From Octopus sinensis (Eukaryota): a DNA stretch of 64,000 nt. The notes beneath the pieces are model-generated. The model made no database searches, was not told the DNA's origin, and saw only the letters and a program-made list of their open reading frames with translations. The stretch's first letter is position 1, and each line of letters starts with the position of its first letter. Shown here in pieces: positions 63,202 through 64,000 of the stretch. Made by a program: the position numbers and the translations under genes. The stretch covers positions 12,648,001-12,712,000 of the forward strand of contig NC_043008.1 of the NCBI RefSeq assembly GCF_006345805.1, written 5' to 3'.

Positions 63202-63392
63202 GAGGTATGCTTTTTTTTTATATATAAATACAAATATATACATGTGTACATACACAGAGATACACACACATAAACGCACATATGTATATATACAGAGATA
63301 TGTTTATATATATATATATGTATATATGCTTAAATATGCATACGAACTTTCCAATACACGGATATGTGTGTTTATATATATTTAAGTATATA

Positions 63393-63435
<43 letters not shown>

Positions 63436-63583
63436 ATTTATATATATATATACATGTATGTATGTGAGTGTGCGTCACTGTGTTTGTGTGTACACACATG
63501 TACATGCATACATGATACATACATATATACTTATTAACTCAAATACGCAGGCATGCGCATATATTATATGTGTATACATATAA

Positions 63584-63634
<51 letters not shown>

Positions 63635-63739
63635 TAGATAGACAGATAGACAGATAAATAGATAGATAGATAGATAGATAGATAGATGGATGGATGGATG
63701 GATAGATAGATAGATAGACAGATAGACAGATAGATAGAT

Positions 63740-63821
<82 letters not shown>

Positions 63822-63822
63822 G

Positions 63823-63886
<64 letters not shown>

Positions 63887-64000
63887 AAGGAAGATAGATG
63901 GCAGTTCAGAAATTAAATTTCGGTTTTGAGGTGATGTGTGTGAAGAACATAAAGCAGAACAGGAAAGCCAGCGTTCATCAAAGTAGACCAAATTTCATTC

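Overview
AT-rich, microsatellite-dense animal DNA with a 100-N scaffold gap at 44182-44281. The SINE, RTE and CR1 families and the (TA)n/(TCTA)n density look like a coleoid cephalopod, most likely Octopus; this is recognition from memory, not a search. I cannot establish any intact protein-coding gene. Almost all listed ORFs are artefacts of (TA)n/(TG)n tracts or of a stop-free 25-bp minisatellite. The window is mainly tRNA-derived SINEs of at least four families, 3' fragments of RTE and CR1/L2 LINEs, decayed Tc1/mariner-type transposons, MITEs, two Helitron-like non-autonomous elements and a 2.75-kb minisatellite with higher-order structure. The standout feature is at 32013-33366: a ~350-bp tandem repeat in which each of four inspected sites carries a complete type I hammerhead ribozyme (two on each strand). 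This is the architecture of a non-LTR retrozyme, a self-cleaving and probably circular-RNA-forming retroelement. It sits in a (TA)n tract with a head-to-head inversion whose breakpoints fit twin priming on a multimeric RNA. A second, unrelated hammerhead with an intact core lies inside a perfect 38-bp inverted repeat at 62235-62453. Eroded minimal hammerheads occur at about 38.3 kb and possibly 34.7 kb. A few candidate exons with good splice signals (16.5, 20.4-21.1, 40.2 kb) are reported at low confidence.
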